Position numbers and translations under genes: made by a program. Below are positions 48,067 to 60,930 of a stretch of 64,000 nt of DNA, piece after piece (the first letter of the stretch is position 1; the number at the start of each line of letters is the position of its first letter). The DNA is from Hydrolagus affinis (Eukaryota), in assembly GCA_012026655.1 (NCBI GenBank), contig JAAILG010001239.1, positions 1 to 64,000 of the forward strand. Direction: 5' to 3'. The notes beneath the pieces were generated by a model. That model worked only from the letters and a program-made list of their open reading frames with translations, did no database searches and had not been told where the DNA came from.

Positions 48067-49309
48067 TTTCTTTCTGCAACTCCCTATTAAACTCATCAAT
48101 CCTTTGCTGTATAAACTTGACTGGTTTGGGGGCCACTGCTGTGCCCAATTGGTTGGCAAGTTTCGCTCACAATAATACAGACAATTCACTTCATAGTATA
48201 TTCTGTGAAGCGCTTTGAGACACCACAAAGACTTGACAAGGTGCTATATCAAATGTAATGATTATTATATCAAATGCAAGATCTATTATTATTATTATAT
48301 CCATTTCCTTATACACACTAGTTATTAATCCAAAGTCATATTTTATCTTTGACACCTCTGGTTTAAAACTGGATCCTGCTGTGAACTACTGCATCGTTAA
48401 ATTTGATGAAAATAATTAAGATGTGGATTCTGTAATCTAGTTTATACAATTCCCATAAAACAATAGACTCCAATGGCTGATGGGGAAGGTTTATACTGAA
48501 ATGGATGAATATTCACAAAATGAAGGTTCTATTTACAAAACCAAATTTGTTTTCAGATTGATTGCTTTAAGCTTTCCTTTTCATTGTGGTCCGTAACAGT
48601 TCACTAAATCTGCCATTGGCACTGCCTGCGTTTATTATTTCTATCAATTATAATGTTCAATCCTGTGTAAAATTTCTTTACTGTTTTATTGCATCACTTC
48701 ATGGCTGTTTATGGGACATTTCTGTGTGCAAGTTAGGGTTTGCCTGCAAAGTACAGTCACAACATAGGCTCTGAGATGTCCTCCCAATTTGAATGCCGCT
48801 TATATAAAATTGAACTGTTGTTAAATATGTTCCTGTTTATTGAGCTTTCTCCTTTATCTGGTGCCAAGTTGCTGCTGGGTTCATGTTAAATTTTTATGTT
48901 TTCTATTGACGCACACCGTACAAGAACTGAATAAATAAAACTGCTCAGAGTGAGTTCTCTGAATAATGAATAAAGAGTAATAATTCTCGCATTTGATATA
49001 GTGCCTTATGAAATTGTCGAGACGCCTCAAAGTGCTTCACAGGATAGACTGTAAAGTGGATTGACTGTGTATTCTGTGGGCGAAATGCAGCTGTCAGTTT
49101 GTAAGTAACCAGTTTTTTTTATTTGGAGGAATCGTTGGCTAAGATATTCACTTCTCTTTTCAAATAGTGCCATGGGATCTTTAACTAACAACATTCTAAT
49201 ATTTAGTTGTACATCACTGAATGCCAATGCAACCAGGCATAATACTGCAAATTCTCTTTTATTATCTCTTTTCTACATGTGAGTTTCTAAACAAAGGTTT
49301 TATGCTGAT

Positions 49310-50320
49310 CCTTAGTCAGTTGTGTCTTTTCCTTATCAAACCCTTTTACAATTTTAAACACTTCTATTAGGTCCCCCTTAAACATCTTTCCTCTATTCCA
49401 TTATGAGAGCAGTAACCTGCCAATCCTGGTCTTAATGTGTTGTACTCTTTCCACTGCTGCTGTATCCTTCTGATAGTGTGGAGACCAGATTTGGACAAAT
49501 TACTCCAAATATGGTCTAACCAAGCTTTTGTATAAATTCAACATCACCTCATCATTGTTATACATTCCACGGTTGTTTGTGGGACACTGCTGTACGAAAT
49601 TGGCTGCCATGGTTTGCCCACAAAATGCACCTTCACTACACTTTTATAGAATCGGAAATCCCAACACTTTACAATATATTCAGTGAAGCCAGTTGAGGTG
49701 TCTCAAAAACATGATAAGGTGCTATATCAAATGCAAAAATTATTATATTATTGTATTCTATCCCTCGGGATATAAAACCCAAGATCCCATTGCCCTTTTA
49801 AAAAATATATATATAACCTTATCTACCTATATTGCTACTTTTAGAGATTTGTTGATCTGAAACCCCAGATCTTTTTACTCCTCTATTGTTCTTAGATTCC
49901 TGCCATCACGCCAAGAGATGGCTCCTTCACTTTTCCTGCCAAGGTGAATTAATTTGCGTTTTCCTATATTAAACTTCAATTGCCACCTGTCTTCCCATTC
50001 TGCTAGCCTTTTTTTTTAGGTCTTCCTGCATTCTTCTGCAGTCCCTTTTGGTGTTTACAATACTCCCAGTTTGGTGTCATCTGCAAATTTTGATACCACA
50101 CTGATACCTATATCTGAATTCAAATCATTTACGTACAGTATATAGTGAACAGCAGCAGTCCTAACACTTATCCCTGACGAACACCACCTTCTACTTCTTA
50201 TCAGCCTGGGAAGATTTCCTTAACTCCGACCTATTGTTTTAGTTTTCTAACCATTCTTTAACCCATTCAGCTACATCTCCCACAATTCCATGAGCCCTGA
50301 TTTTAGTCACGAGCCTCTCA
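49310..50320 (-). mobile_element. Degenerate CR1 LINE interrupted by a SINE 3' part (about 49570-49750, +)
   Basis: Minus strand has GVRQG and KFADDT RT motifs near 50070-50190. Confidence 0.8.
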
Positions 50321-51086
50321 TTTTCCACAAATTCTTCCACAAAAAAAAGCTTTGAAAACTGTTGATGTCATCAGGTGCTACATCAAGTGCGAAAAATATT
50401 ACCCTCAAACCTCAAGTATAATCAGATAGTGCTACTATGTATTTCAGTAACAGTTCTTACCTCTTGCTAGCCTGAGAGAGAATACATTGAATAGTAAGTA
50501 TTCAGCAGAGACCTTCTTCCTGTAACAAGATCAGGTTTTATCATACCAAACCCAGCTCTGGTGTTTCAGTGGAGTGATTCCTAATTTGTTGGTAGTTTTT
50601 AAAATGTCACAGTGGGTGAACTGAAACAACTTCAAGATGAAAATAATAGAATGTGGAGTGTTCTGAGAAATGAAAAAAAAGTTTGAGAAAAATGTAAGGA
50701 AAATGTATCCTTTCATTTTACCCTTGGACTGCCAGATGGACCATAGAGACTTCTGTGTCAGACTGGTTTTACATTTCATATTCTGCAATACTCCAAATAT
50801 CCCATCACAGAAATAAAGTTGCTCAGTATTAATTAGTTTTATTGCTGTTATACTGTACTCACCCCAAACTGGCAAAAAAAAAGGTAATCTACAAAAGGAA
50901 CATTTTAAATCACCCGTTTTCTCTTCCTTCTTGTTCCGCATTTGTCTTATTTTGCCGCAAAATACACACTCTACTTGTGAAATTATTTGAAATGTCTTCA
51001 AGAAACTTTACCAAATGTAAGGATTACCATTATTATTTTACCCATGTTTGCTATTTTCTACATATCTTTTATCATAGACCTGTAGC

Positions 51087-51404
51087 TCCTGTAGCTCAGT
51101 GTTTAGAGCACTCGCCTTACAAGCGTGAGGTACGAATCCAGCTAGATCAGGGCGAAATCTTGGGCAAGTTTCCTTACTCCATATGCCTAATAATAATCCC
51201 TCCAAAAAAACCACAATAATAAAAAATTGGTCATTTCAATCCACGACTGTTTGTGGGTCACTGCTGTGCGCAATTGACTGCTGTATTTCGCCCACAAATA
51301 TACAGTCAATTCACTTTACAATATATTCTGTGAAGCGCTTTGAGATATGGATAAGATGTGAAAGGCACTATATCAAATGCAAGGATTATTTTATTATTAT
51401 TATT
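51087..51404 (+). mobile_element. Full-length tRNA-derived SINE
   Basis: TCCTGTAGCTCAGTG..CTCGCCTTACAAGCG head, CORE-like TTGGGCAAGTTTCCTTACTCC, Deu-like 3' part, L2-type tail with (ATT)n. Confidence 0.9.
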
Positions 51405-52429
51405 TTCTAGCTTTAACATATGCTATAAATGCCAAATACTACCTTCTCAATGCAACTGTTTCCAGGTTAATAAATGCTGTCTCTGCCTTTGATGCTCACA
51501 TCCCAATAATGAGTCAAATAAAACTTTCTTTGAAACTCCCACTAAACAACTAGATTAAAAATATATTGTTTTAAAAAGCTAAAAATTGACACTTGTGTTT
51601 TAAAAATTATAAGGTGGATTGGAATCACTTTGAAAGACTTTGACTTGGATATGAAAATAATAATTATTATTTTGTTGGACAAAACCTTATTTAAAAAATC
51701 CATCTTCTGAATTTAAGTGGACCAAGCAGAGAGTTTACATAAATTTTAAACCTGAAAAGGACAGAAAGCTGAATCTTTTTTTTTATCTCACTGAATGAAT
51801 TGTTTTTTGAAATGTCGTGACAATTTGATTTTGGCCCAAAAAAAATCTGTCTCGGGAGCATTCAATTAACAGTGACATCAGTGATCAATTAAACTGCTTG
51901 TTGATGCATTTGGATTCTGCACCTACCTGTGAACTTTCAGCAAATGAAAATATTACATAGCAGCACAGATACGTCTGTCTTCAAACCTGCTTCACACTTG
52001 TTTGTTCTGGTTGCTGGTTAATTGGGCGTTCGTTACTCTGCTCACTGCTGAGCTGATTCATTTTCTGCAGATTCTTCCAGTCAGTCACATATTTTATACA
52101 TGTCCATTCCCTGATGAAATACTTGAATTCAATATTAATTCCCATTTAACAGCAAGAAATTCTCTTTCTGTTCCTACAGTGAACGACTATAAATGATGAT
52201 CCAAGTAAAAAGCACCTGCCATGGCAAAAATGTTAACAAGCACAACTTATATAGCGGCCACTGTAACAGGTAGCATCACAGAATGCTTGAATATCTGTTA
52301 AATATCTGTGCTGCAAATTGATTAACATTTAAAGAAGGCTTATCATTTCACGTGAAAAGCACATGTAAATAGCTATAATAAATTATAAAAGTGCTCTTAT
52401 ATAAATTGATGATATATCGAAATATATAG

Positions 52430-53590
52430 GTTCACGTTGGGTAGCGTCCACCAGTACTTGACACTAGCTGAGTCTAATTCCGACCAAGGGGTAAGGAGGA
52501 GGGGGATGTGAACATAACCACGATCAAAAAGGATGGTTTTTAGGTGGGATATGAAAGTGCGGAGGGAAGGGGCAAGGTGGAGGGATTGAAGGAGAAAGTT
52601 CCCAAGTTTCGGGCCATATTGGCTGAAGGCAGGGTTACCAGTGGTGGAGTGGAGGGGACGAGGGACGAACAGGAGGCCTGAGCTGGCCAAGAGGAGGCAG
52701 CGGGTGGTGGAGTGCGGTTGGTGGAATGCCAGGGGGTGGGGGGGGTTAGCTAATCGGATAGGTAGGGAGGTGCGAGGGCATGAAGGGATTTACTGATTTG
52801 AAAATGAGTGAGAGGATCTTGAAATTGATCAGTTCAACAATTGAGAGCCAGTGGAGCCTGGCAAAGACTGCTACTATGTGGTTATGGAGTTTTGTGCGGG
52901 TGAGAGTCGGGGCGGATGAGTACTGAATTAGTTGAATTTTGTGTATGGGGCTGGGGAGACAAGTGAGGAAGGCATTGGAATAGTCCAGCTGGGAAGTCAC
53001 AACGGTGTGAGCAAGAGTTTCGGCTGTTTTATGGAATTCCATCCCCCAATCCCTCCGTCTCGTTTCTTCCCTTTCCTCTTTCAAGGCCGGTTTGAAGACT
53101 TTCCTCTTCGACCATGCCTTTTGTTCCACCCCGAATTTTTCGACCTCCCCTATGTGTTTCACCCCTTCCCAAACACTCCCCTCCCAGCTCTGGTCACACG
53201 CCTCCTGTACAGCGCATTGGGACGTCCTCCCGACGTGAAAGGCGCTCTATAAGTGTAATTTGTTGTTGTTGTTGTTGTTGTTTTTGTTGTGAGGCAGGCC
53301 ATGTGACGGAGGTAGAAGAATGCGGTGCTGGTCAGGGAACAGATGTGGAGTAGAACGGAAAGCTGGCGGTTGAACCTGACGCTCTAAGTTGCGCACGGGT
53401 TTGGAGAGTCTGACTAAGTGAGAAAAAGGATGTGATTGAGGAGGATGGATTGATCAATTATATTTCAAGTAGTGAAAAGGATCAGGTGGACAAGGAGGCA
53501 GAGGGAGCTCAGGTTGCAGAGAGAGGGAGGATGTCATTTGTAACTTTGATTAGCCCTGCCTCGGTGCTGTGGGCCTGGTGGAAACCAATA
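52430..53590 (-). mobile_element. Old L2 fragment containing a young opposite-strand L2 3' end (53030-53291)
   Basis: AETLAHTVVTSQLDYSNAFL..LHWL..FKIL on minus; the insert closely matches 25897-26156. Confidence 0.85.
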
Positions 53591-55964
53591 GGGTTGTACT
53601 GATTGTACTAAGAAAGCCTTAAATGGATCTGAATTTTATGTAGAAGAAATAGAAGATACAATTTTCTGCTAAGCAGTATTAGTAGCAAATAATGGTTATT
53701 GCCCACTCTTGAAAACAGTTAATGTACTTAATAGCTGGTAAATATTATGGAAGATGAGAAATCCTCAATTTATCCTCTGTGGGAGCCTTCTGGACATGGT
53801 ATTTAGTTATGGTTAGAGCTTCAGATCCGTACACAGAATACATCGCCTACAGCTTTGGTGGAATGTACTGAGAATTTAGTCACAGCACTGCCTCAAATTA
53901 ATCCTTCCAATTCATAACTAAAGTTAAGGAGTATTCAGTAGTTATTTGTTATGGAGTCTGCATAACGTGTACAGTCCCTGAGAACAGCAAAATGACATAG
54001 AAAAAGCATTGGCATTAAAGTAGTGCAATATGTTTTAAAGTTGAGATAAGCTATATAAACCTTTGTACAGTACCTTGCTATTTCCACATGTCCTTTGCCT
54101 TATTTTTTCACTGTAGTATTTGTTGAGTTCACTTTTAAATAATGTACAAACTCAGCTTCTACAGACTGATGTGGTGAAGCATTCTATGTCCTCACAACCC
54201 TCTATACAAAAAAAACGAAATGGCCATATAATCAATGGCCATTTAGTGCTTCAGGACTGTGATTTGTGCTATAATTTAATCGAGCCATGAACTGCATTAA
54301 GCTACTCAGTTGAAAATTGTGCCTTAAGAGTTGCAAAACGATTTGTACATTGTGAATCCTGTGGGTATCTGGATGTGTTGCGGCTGACTGTCTAGAATGC
54401 TGATCAGACGCTGATACCACACATTTACATCGATTGTACAGCATGGAAACAGGCCATTTGGCCCAGCTGTTGTGTTTCCATATATTCAGCATTCTCTCCC
54501 ATACCCTTCTGTTCCTTTTTCCTTCACGAGTATATCCTTTGGGAATTTCGAGTTAGACCCTCTACTTGTCCTTAAGTTGATTTACATTCTGATTTCATAA
54601 TGGCTGCAGGAAGAAAATATCTCTGACAAATCTGTAGGATGGAAGCAGAAGCTGTAGTTTTTTTTAATATGTTGGAGAAATACATTGAATTCAACAACAA
54701 CAACTTTGATTTGTATAGCGCCTTCCAAGCCGGACGGCGTCTCTGTTACGTGTACATGGATTCCTCGAGAAACCATAATGGAAACTATTATTCAACTGAA
54801 AGATTGTACCGCTGCTAATTGAATCACATATTCAACAGAGAACTATAATCTAGTGGATTGTAAAATAAACAGCATATTTCAATTTAACTTTAAACATTTA
54901 TTTGTAATATAAAATATCAAAAATGCTAAACCATGCAGAAATTATTTAATTTGATAATTCAGAAGCTTTGATTTTCCTCTATCACAACGTAGAAATCCTA
55001 TTTTATAGCTTAATTTTCCATGTCCTCTACCTGGGGCATCGCAGCTTTAACTGGTCTTGCTTCCTAAGTATTTTCTTGTATGAATGCAATGGGCAAGAAA
55101 AAAACAATAGTTAAATTAGATGTCTGTGAGCTGAGCTATAATGCTTTCTAAAATGTGAACACTTAATCAAAGGAAATAAATTTTTACTTTCTCTCATCAT
55201 TATTCACTGATGCAGTTTTACAGAAGCTCTGGTACATTAACACCTGATGTTCAAATATTGATAAATATCTCTATACCCTTAGGAATGCTTTCGCAAATTT
55301 AACTTAGCTATTATTTAGCTATTCTCACATTACTTTTATTTGTCCTGAATTGTATATATCAATAGTCTGTTTCAAAATCTTTCCTGTTGATTTCCTGCAT
55401 CTAATGAAACAAATTGTTCTATGCCATCTTTCCCTCCGAATGCACTTTAGCAATCAATCAAAATTCGACATGCTTTAAATGGCAACTCCGGACGAAATGC
55501 AGAAGAATGACTGAGGTCTGTTTAAAGGGCTGTGCGTGGAGAGAGGAGAGGAGGCAGAATGGAGAAGAAATAACCTTAGAGTTTCCTCAATACAGCTTGC
55601 TAGCTCTGCGTGCCTCTGGGACAGCCATGCTACTTCATCACAGGCTGAGCAATCAAACATTCACCACTGTGCACACATCTTATAAGGTGAATGAGTAGGC
55701 TGGTGGATTATTATATATCTAACTGCGAAGCGGCAGCAGCAACAGAATATCTATTACCTGTATCTGCGACTAAGTATGATAAATGTGGATCACTGAAAAG
55801 GGTTTCTGGTACGGCTGTTATTGTGATTCAATACTATCAGAGGTCCACTGTCATTTGTGTAAGGCTACATGAAGGAGTGTAAGTATAACTGAGTCCAGTG
55901 CTAACTGGTATGCCCTGATCTGTGTGAATACTGAACAGTAATTTTTGTGATATTTTTAAGTCCC

Positions 55965-56300
55965 TCCATCAAGATTTGCTCCAACGGATGTCCAAGTTGG
56001 AGGGGGATGTAGCATTCTTGGATGTACTATCCTTCACATGAGACCTTAAACTGAGGTCTCCTCTGCCAGTTCAGATGGATATTTAAGATCCTATGGTACA
56101 AATCAAAACAGAATTTCCCCTGGATAAATTGATCATTCACTGCAAGGCTGTTTGTGGGATATTGCTATGTTCAAATTGGCTGCGTATTTACTTACACAAC
56201 ACACAGTCACTACACTTTGCAGTAAATTTTATAAAGTTCTATGAGATGTTCTCCTGACATGAAGGATGCTATGCAAAAACAAAGATTATTATCATTATTG
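55965..56300 (+). mobile_element. Deu-domain SINE
   Basis: ATGAGACCTTAAACTGAGGTCTCCTCTGCCAGTTCAGATGGATATTTAAGATCCTATGG..GCTGTTTGTGGGATATTGCT. Confidence 0.7.
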
Positions 56301-56379
56301 TTACCATGATTCAGTGTCTCTGTTTTATTGGTCAGCTGGGTGTCTGGCACAAGAGGAAACCATCACCATGCATCAGAAC

Positions 56380-56940
56380 TGCACAGCTCATGTCATCTCC
56401 CACACTATACTCGCTCCTCGTCGGCCTTCCTGGCTCTTCACTTCACAAGCTGCAGATCATCCAGAACTCTGCAGCTAGTGTCCACTCCCTCACCAAGCTC
56501 CACGGCCATATCACTCCCACCCTCGCCCGGCTCCACTGGCTCCCCATTCCCCCAGAGAATAGAGTTCAAAAGCCTTGCCCTCATCTTCAAAGTCCACCAT
56601 GGCCTTGCTCCTCCCTACCTCTGCAATCTGTTGACCCCATATCAACCTTTCTGCTCCCTCCGTTCAGCAGGCTCTAGTCTGCTCTACGACCCCACCATCA
56701 GTGGCCGGGCCTTCAACCTTTCTGCCCCCACTCCATGGAACTCCATCCCACAGTTCCTTTGCCTCAATCCCTCCCTTGCCTCATTCAAGACGTGTCTTAA
56801 AACCCTTCTTTTTGACAAGACCCTACTACTCTCCCTGCTCTCCAATCTCCCCAATCCCAACCCCCAGATTGGGTCCAAATCCTTGATTGTCCAGCACCTT
56901 GTGGCATCCTCTCGACTTGAAAGGCACTAAACAAATATCA
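56380..56940 (+). mobile_element. L2 LINE 3' fragment
   Basis: SLLVGLPGSSLHKLQIIQNSAA..LHWLP / QRIEFK..HGLAPPYL..KTLLFD, with a frameshift. Confidence 0.87.
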
Positions 56941-58265
56941 ACAAGGAAACTATATCAAAAAGGACCTTGGTTTAATGTATCATTAGAAGGACGACACTTC
57001 AAACAATGGAGTATTCTATGTTAAGATAAAATGGTCTTTCAGGCCAAAACAAAGTGGGATTTCAAGCCTTGCAAAATCTTAATATTAAGTTGAATGCACA
57101 TATATTGACATCCATTTATGTGTGAAAGGTATACATTTATGTTCAATGATTGACCATTGTACAATAGTTTTTAAACTTTTTAACATTTATCTGTACCAGG
57201 ACCAAATACTCGCAAATCATGTACAGCACAGGTCAGAAACAGAATATAGTTCAGATAGTATTGAAACAAGAGAAATAAATGCACCGTTCCATGTGATAAT
57301 TATCCCCAGGGATATTATAACAACATTGGTCACTGCTCTTATTACTGCTTTCATTCATGTCTGAGACCTCTTACTTCCACCCACAAGCCAGTTGGTCTTG
57401 ACGCCACCTGCTAATCCATGGATTAAGTTGTTATTTTATGCAATATTGGACTTACTCATCTTTAAAAGTTAGACAACACCTGATATGTTGAGTTGTCTGA
57501 TGTGACAATACCATTAGTACATCAAATGTAGTTTTTTGTCCCCACATGAGGGCAAGGGAGGAACAGCAACAACAAAATTGCAATTCAATAATGCCTTTCA
57601 AGGCACTAAAATAAGGAGGTTAAGGTTTTGTGGGTTTGAAAGCAAACAGGAGATAAGGCAGATAGACTCCACAATGGTGTTTCATAGAGTGGGGCAGAAT
57701 AACTGATCTCATTTCAGTTTTAATCCAAATGCATCTCATTGAATTGAGTTCTCCTTATTGGCAGGCAGACTAATTTGTGTTACTCTATTCATCAATGTCA
57801 CACAGAGACATCCTATTAAGTAAAAACTGAATTTCTCTGGAACATTTTGCAGCAGAACAAATTATATAATAAAAATTCCACTAAAACATTAGAAAACATA
57901 TTGTTTTCACAGTGAACAGTTCAGTCAATTACACACATAATAAGATGAAAAGGGACTATATCAAATGTAAGGATTATTATTAATACATATTCCTGCAGAT
58001 TTTAGAATCTAATCAAGATTGAAAAAGAAACATTTTGGATTAATATGTAGGCTATAAAATATCAAGATGAAAATTTATGAAATCCTCCTCGACAGGTATA
58101 ATCATAATTTGTTCCAGTATATTTTCATGAATGTCTAAAAATGTTATTGCCGTTCTTTGAAAGAGTTATTAATGTATGGAACTGGATCATTTTCCATGTT
58201 TCCTATTACCCAAAGCTGTTACATTCACACTTGCTATGGTTTGGGATGACTTCTGAACACAATAA

Positions 58266-58590
58266 AATAATAATAATAACAATAATAATCCTTGCATTTG
58301 ATATGCTGCTTTTTATGTCTTCTAGACTTCGCAAAGCACTTCACAGAATATACCGTAAAGTGAATTGACGGTATATTTGTGGGCGTAATGCGGCAGCCAT
58401 TTGCTCACAGCAGTGTCACACAAACAGTCATGGATTAAGTGACCAAATTATTACTGTTTTTATTTCTTGAAGGATTATTATCAGATGTGGGGAGTAAGGA
58501 AACTTGCGGAAAATTTTGTCCTGCCGGGAATCAGATATGGGTTCTCTCGCTTGTAAAGGCAAGTGCTCTAACCACTGAGCTACAGCACTC
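58266..58590 (-). mobile_element. Full-length tRNA-derived SINE
   Basis: Reverse complement of the consensus at 51087-51404. Confidence 0.87.
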
Positions 58591-58814
58591 TACAGCTAAT
58601 AATTAGATAAAGGAACGAACTTTGAGCTGGGCTCATGATTGAATGCTTTAAAAGAATGGAAAAATCTATCTCCTGATGCTTATTCAAATCATTAATTGTT
58701 GTTGCCTGCCAATATATGTAAGGGATATAAATCAAGATTCAAAGATAAAAGTAAAATGCAATGGAATTTCACAGAGCAGCTTACTCATAATATTGATTCA
58801 TTCATACTTCAAAC

Positions 58815-59230
58815 ACCAACAACAAAATTAAATTTGTATAGCGCCTTTCACGTCAGGTGGATGTCCCAAGGCGCTGTACAGTCAGTGTTTTGGACCCGAG
58901 CCAGGGTTGGAATCTGGAAGGGTGAAGGGAGGGGAAAGGGGGTGACAGATGGCACTGTCAAAGAGAAGGGTCTTGAGGCGAGATTTGAAGTCGGCTATGG
59001 AGGGGGCGAGGCGGAGGGATTGAGAGATGGGATTCCAGAGGTTAGGGGCAGAGTGGCTGATGGCTTCCCTGCCAATGGTGGGGCGGAGGTGTCGGGGTAC
59101 ATGGAGCAGGCCGGAGCCTGCTAAGTGGAGCGAGTGGACAGGGTGGTAGGGGCTTAGGAGGTTGCAGAAGTTGGGTAGGGCGAGACAATGGAAGACTTTA
59201 AAGGTGAGGACCAGGATCTTGAATTGAAAT
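58815..59230 (-). mobile_element. L2 LINE 3' fragment
   Basis: Tail TAGCGCCTTTCACGTCAGGTGGATGTCCCAAGGCGCTG; reverse complement encodes FKILVLTFK. Confidence 0.85.
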
Positions 59231-59384
59231 GCTTAACAGCAAGTAAATATATAGCAATTAAAAATATCTAGCACTCTTAACCATAGATTTGTGGTTACTA
59301 GATATTAGGGAGTTAGAGTGCGCGAGTTAGAGTTAGGGAGTTAACTTTACAGTGCACTATTGAAGCTCCATTATTTTGAACTCG

Positions 59385-59710
59385 CTGTCCATGCTGACAG
59401 TCTTGTGACACTCTATTGTCAGACATGTGTCCTTGGATGACATGTTAAACTGAGGTCCTATTGATCTGTTCAGGAGGCCATTGAAGTTTCTGGTACACTA
59501 TACATAAAGAGAAAGAAGTTTCTCCCAGTGTCATAGCCAATAAACCCCAGATAAAATTTCTTGTTTACTTATGGCTGCTTGCGGGACATTGTTACGTGCA
59601 AATTGGCTGCTACATTCACCAACAAGTACATAGTCAATAAACTTCACAACAAATCCTGTGAAGACGTTTGAAAAGGTTCAACTGTATCAAATGTAAACAT
59701 TATATTATAC
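59385..59710 (+). mobile_element. Degenerate Deu-domain SINE
   Basis: GGATGACATGTTAAACTGAGGTCC..GGCTGCTTGCGGGACATTGTTACGTGCAAATTGGCTGC. Confidence 0.65.
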
Positions 59711-59787
59711 ATAACTATAACAAAATCTACATCTGAAAATCCTTTATTCAACTTCAGTCCTAATCTGAATTATGATGAATTGTGCAA

Positions 59788-60069
59788 AGTCCTGTAGCTC
59801 AGTGGGTAGAGCACTCGCCTTACAAGAGTGAGAGCTATGTTTGAATCCAGGCAGGTCAGGGCAAAACCTTGGGCAAGTTTCCTTACTCCACACGCCTAAT
59901 AATAATCACTTAAAAAAAAGCACAATAATAAAATTAGTCATCTGGATTCATGACTGTTTGTGGGACGCTGCTGTGCGCAATTAGCTGCCACATTCCACCC
60001 ACAAATATACAGTCAAATCACTTTACAGTATATTCTGTGAAGTGCTTTGAGATGTCCAGAAGACGTGAA
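59788..60069 (+). mobile_element. tRNA-derived SINE, 3' end truncated
   Basis: AGTCCTGTAGCTCAGTGGGTAGAGCACTCGCCTTACAAG..CCTTGGGCAAGTTTCCTTACTCCACACGCC. Confidence 0.87.
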
Positions 60070-60499
60070 CTTCAACTGGTCAGTATTTGTTCACCTTCTT
60101 CCACACATTGAGAAGTGTTAATGCGACGAGGCACAATATCAAACTGCAAGTTCTATTACATTCTGGAGAAAAACACAGATGCTCTTGACTTTTATTTGAT
60201 CTTGATGTCAGATGAGTTTCCAGTTACTAAACACATCTTTGCTAAGCATGATAATCATGAATCTTTTGATGTTCCCAGTATAGAGTGAAGACTGGATGCT
60301 GTGGATCATTCTGCTTGTTTCCTTTGCCGAAGCAGAGCTGCATCACCTTGTTTGATCTTGCAGAAGTTTAGTTCTGAATCAATGGTATGTTTAATCTTTT
60401 ATCTTTTACAAACACCTATGGTTTCTCGTGAATCAATTGTGAAGCAAATATGATGTGTAGTTTTTGACCCAACAGAACCTCTTATTCAATAGAAACTGA

Positions 60500-60930
60500 C
60501 TGTCACCCAGAGGATTCAATTCAAGATCCTGGTCCTCACCTTCAAAGCCCTCCACGGTCTCTCCCCCTCCTACGTTTGTGACCTCCTAACTCCCTACCAA
60601 CCTGCCCGCTCCCTCCGCTCAGTGGGCTCCTGACTGCTCCATGTCCCTTGAACCACCTGCCCCACCATTGGCAGCTATTCTGCCGCTAACTTCTGGAATT
60701 CCATCCCACAGTCGCTCTGCCTCGCCTCTTCCCTAGCCTCTTTCAAGTTCTGCCTCAAGACCCTCCGCTTCGACGGGCCGATCAGTCAGCCCAAATCCCC
60801 TCCTTTCCCTCTAACCTCCCCGATCCCGACCCCAGCTCGGGTCTGAAACATTGACTGTCCACCACATTGGAACGTCCTCCCAATGTGAAAGGTGCTTTAG
60901 AAGTGTCATTTTGTTGATGTTGTTGTTGCT
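60500..60930 (+). mobile_element. L2 LINE 3' fragment
   Basis: Encodes QRIQFKILVLTFKALHGLSPSY; L2 tail with (TTG)n. Confidence 0.87.

Noticed and set aside
50531-51001. 156-aa minus-strand ORF
   Set aside because: AT-rich, starts in a SINE remnant, no recognisable domain.
51087-51160. tRNA genes (also 14584, 22470, 27386, 32215, 59788)
   Set aside because: The heads run directly into SINE bodies, with no proper acceptor stem or poly-T terminator.
60296-60355. Signal-peptide-like MLWIILLVSFAEAELHHLV
   Set aside because: Hits TGA after 19 codons with no donor before it.
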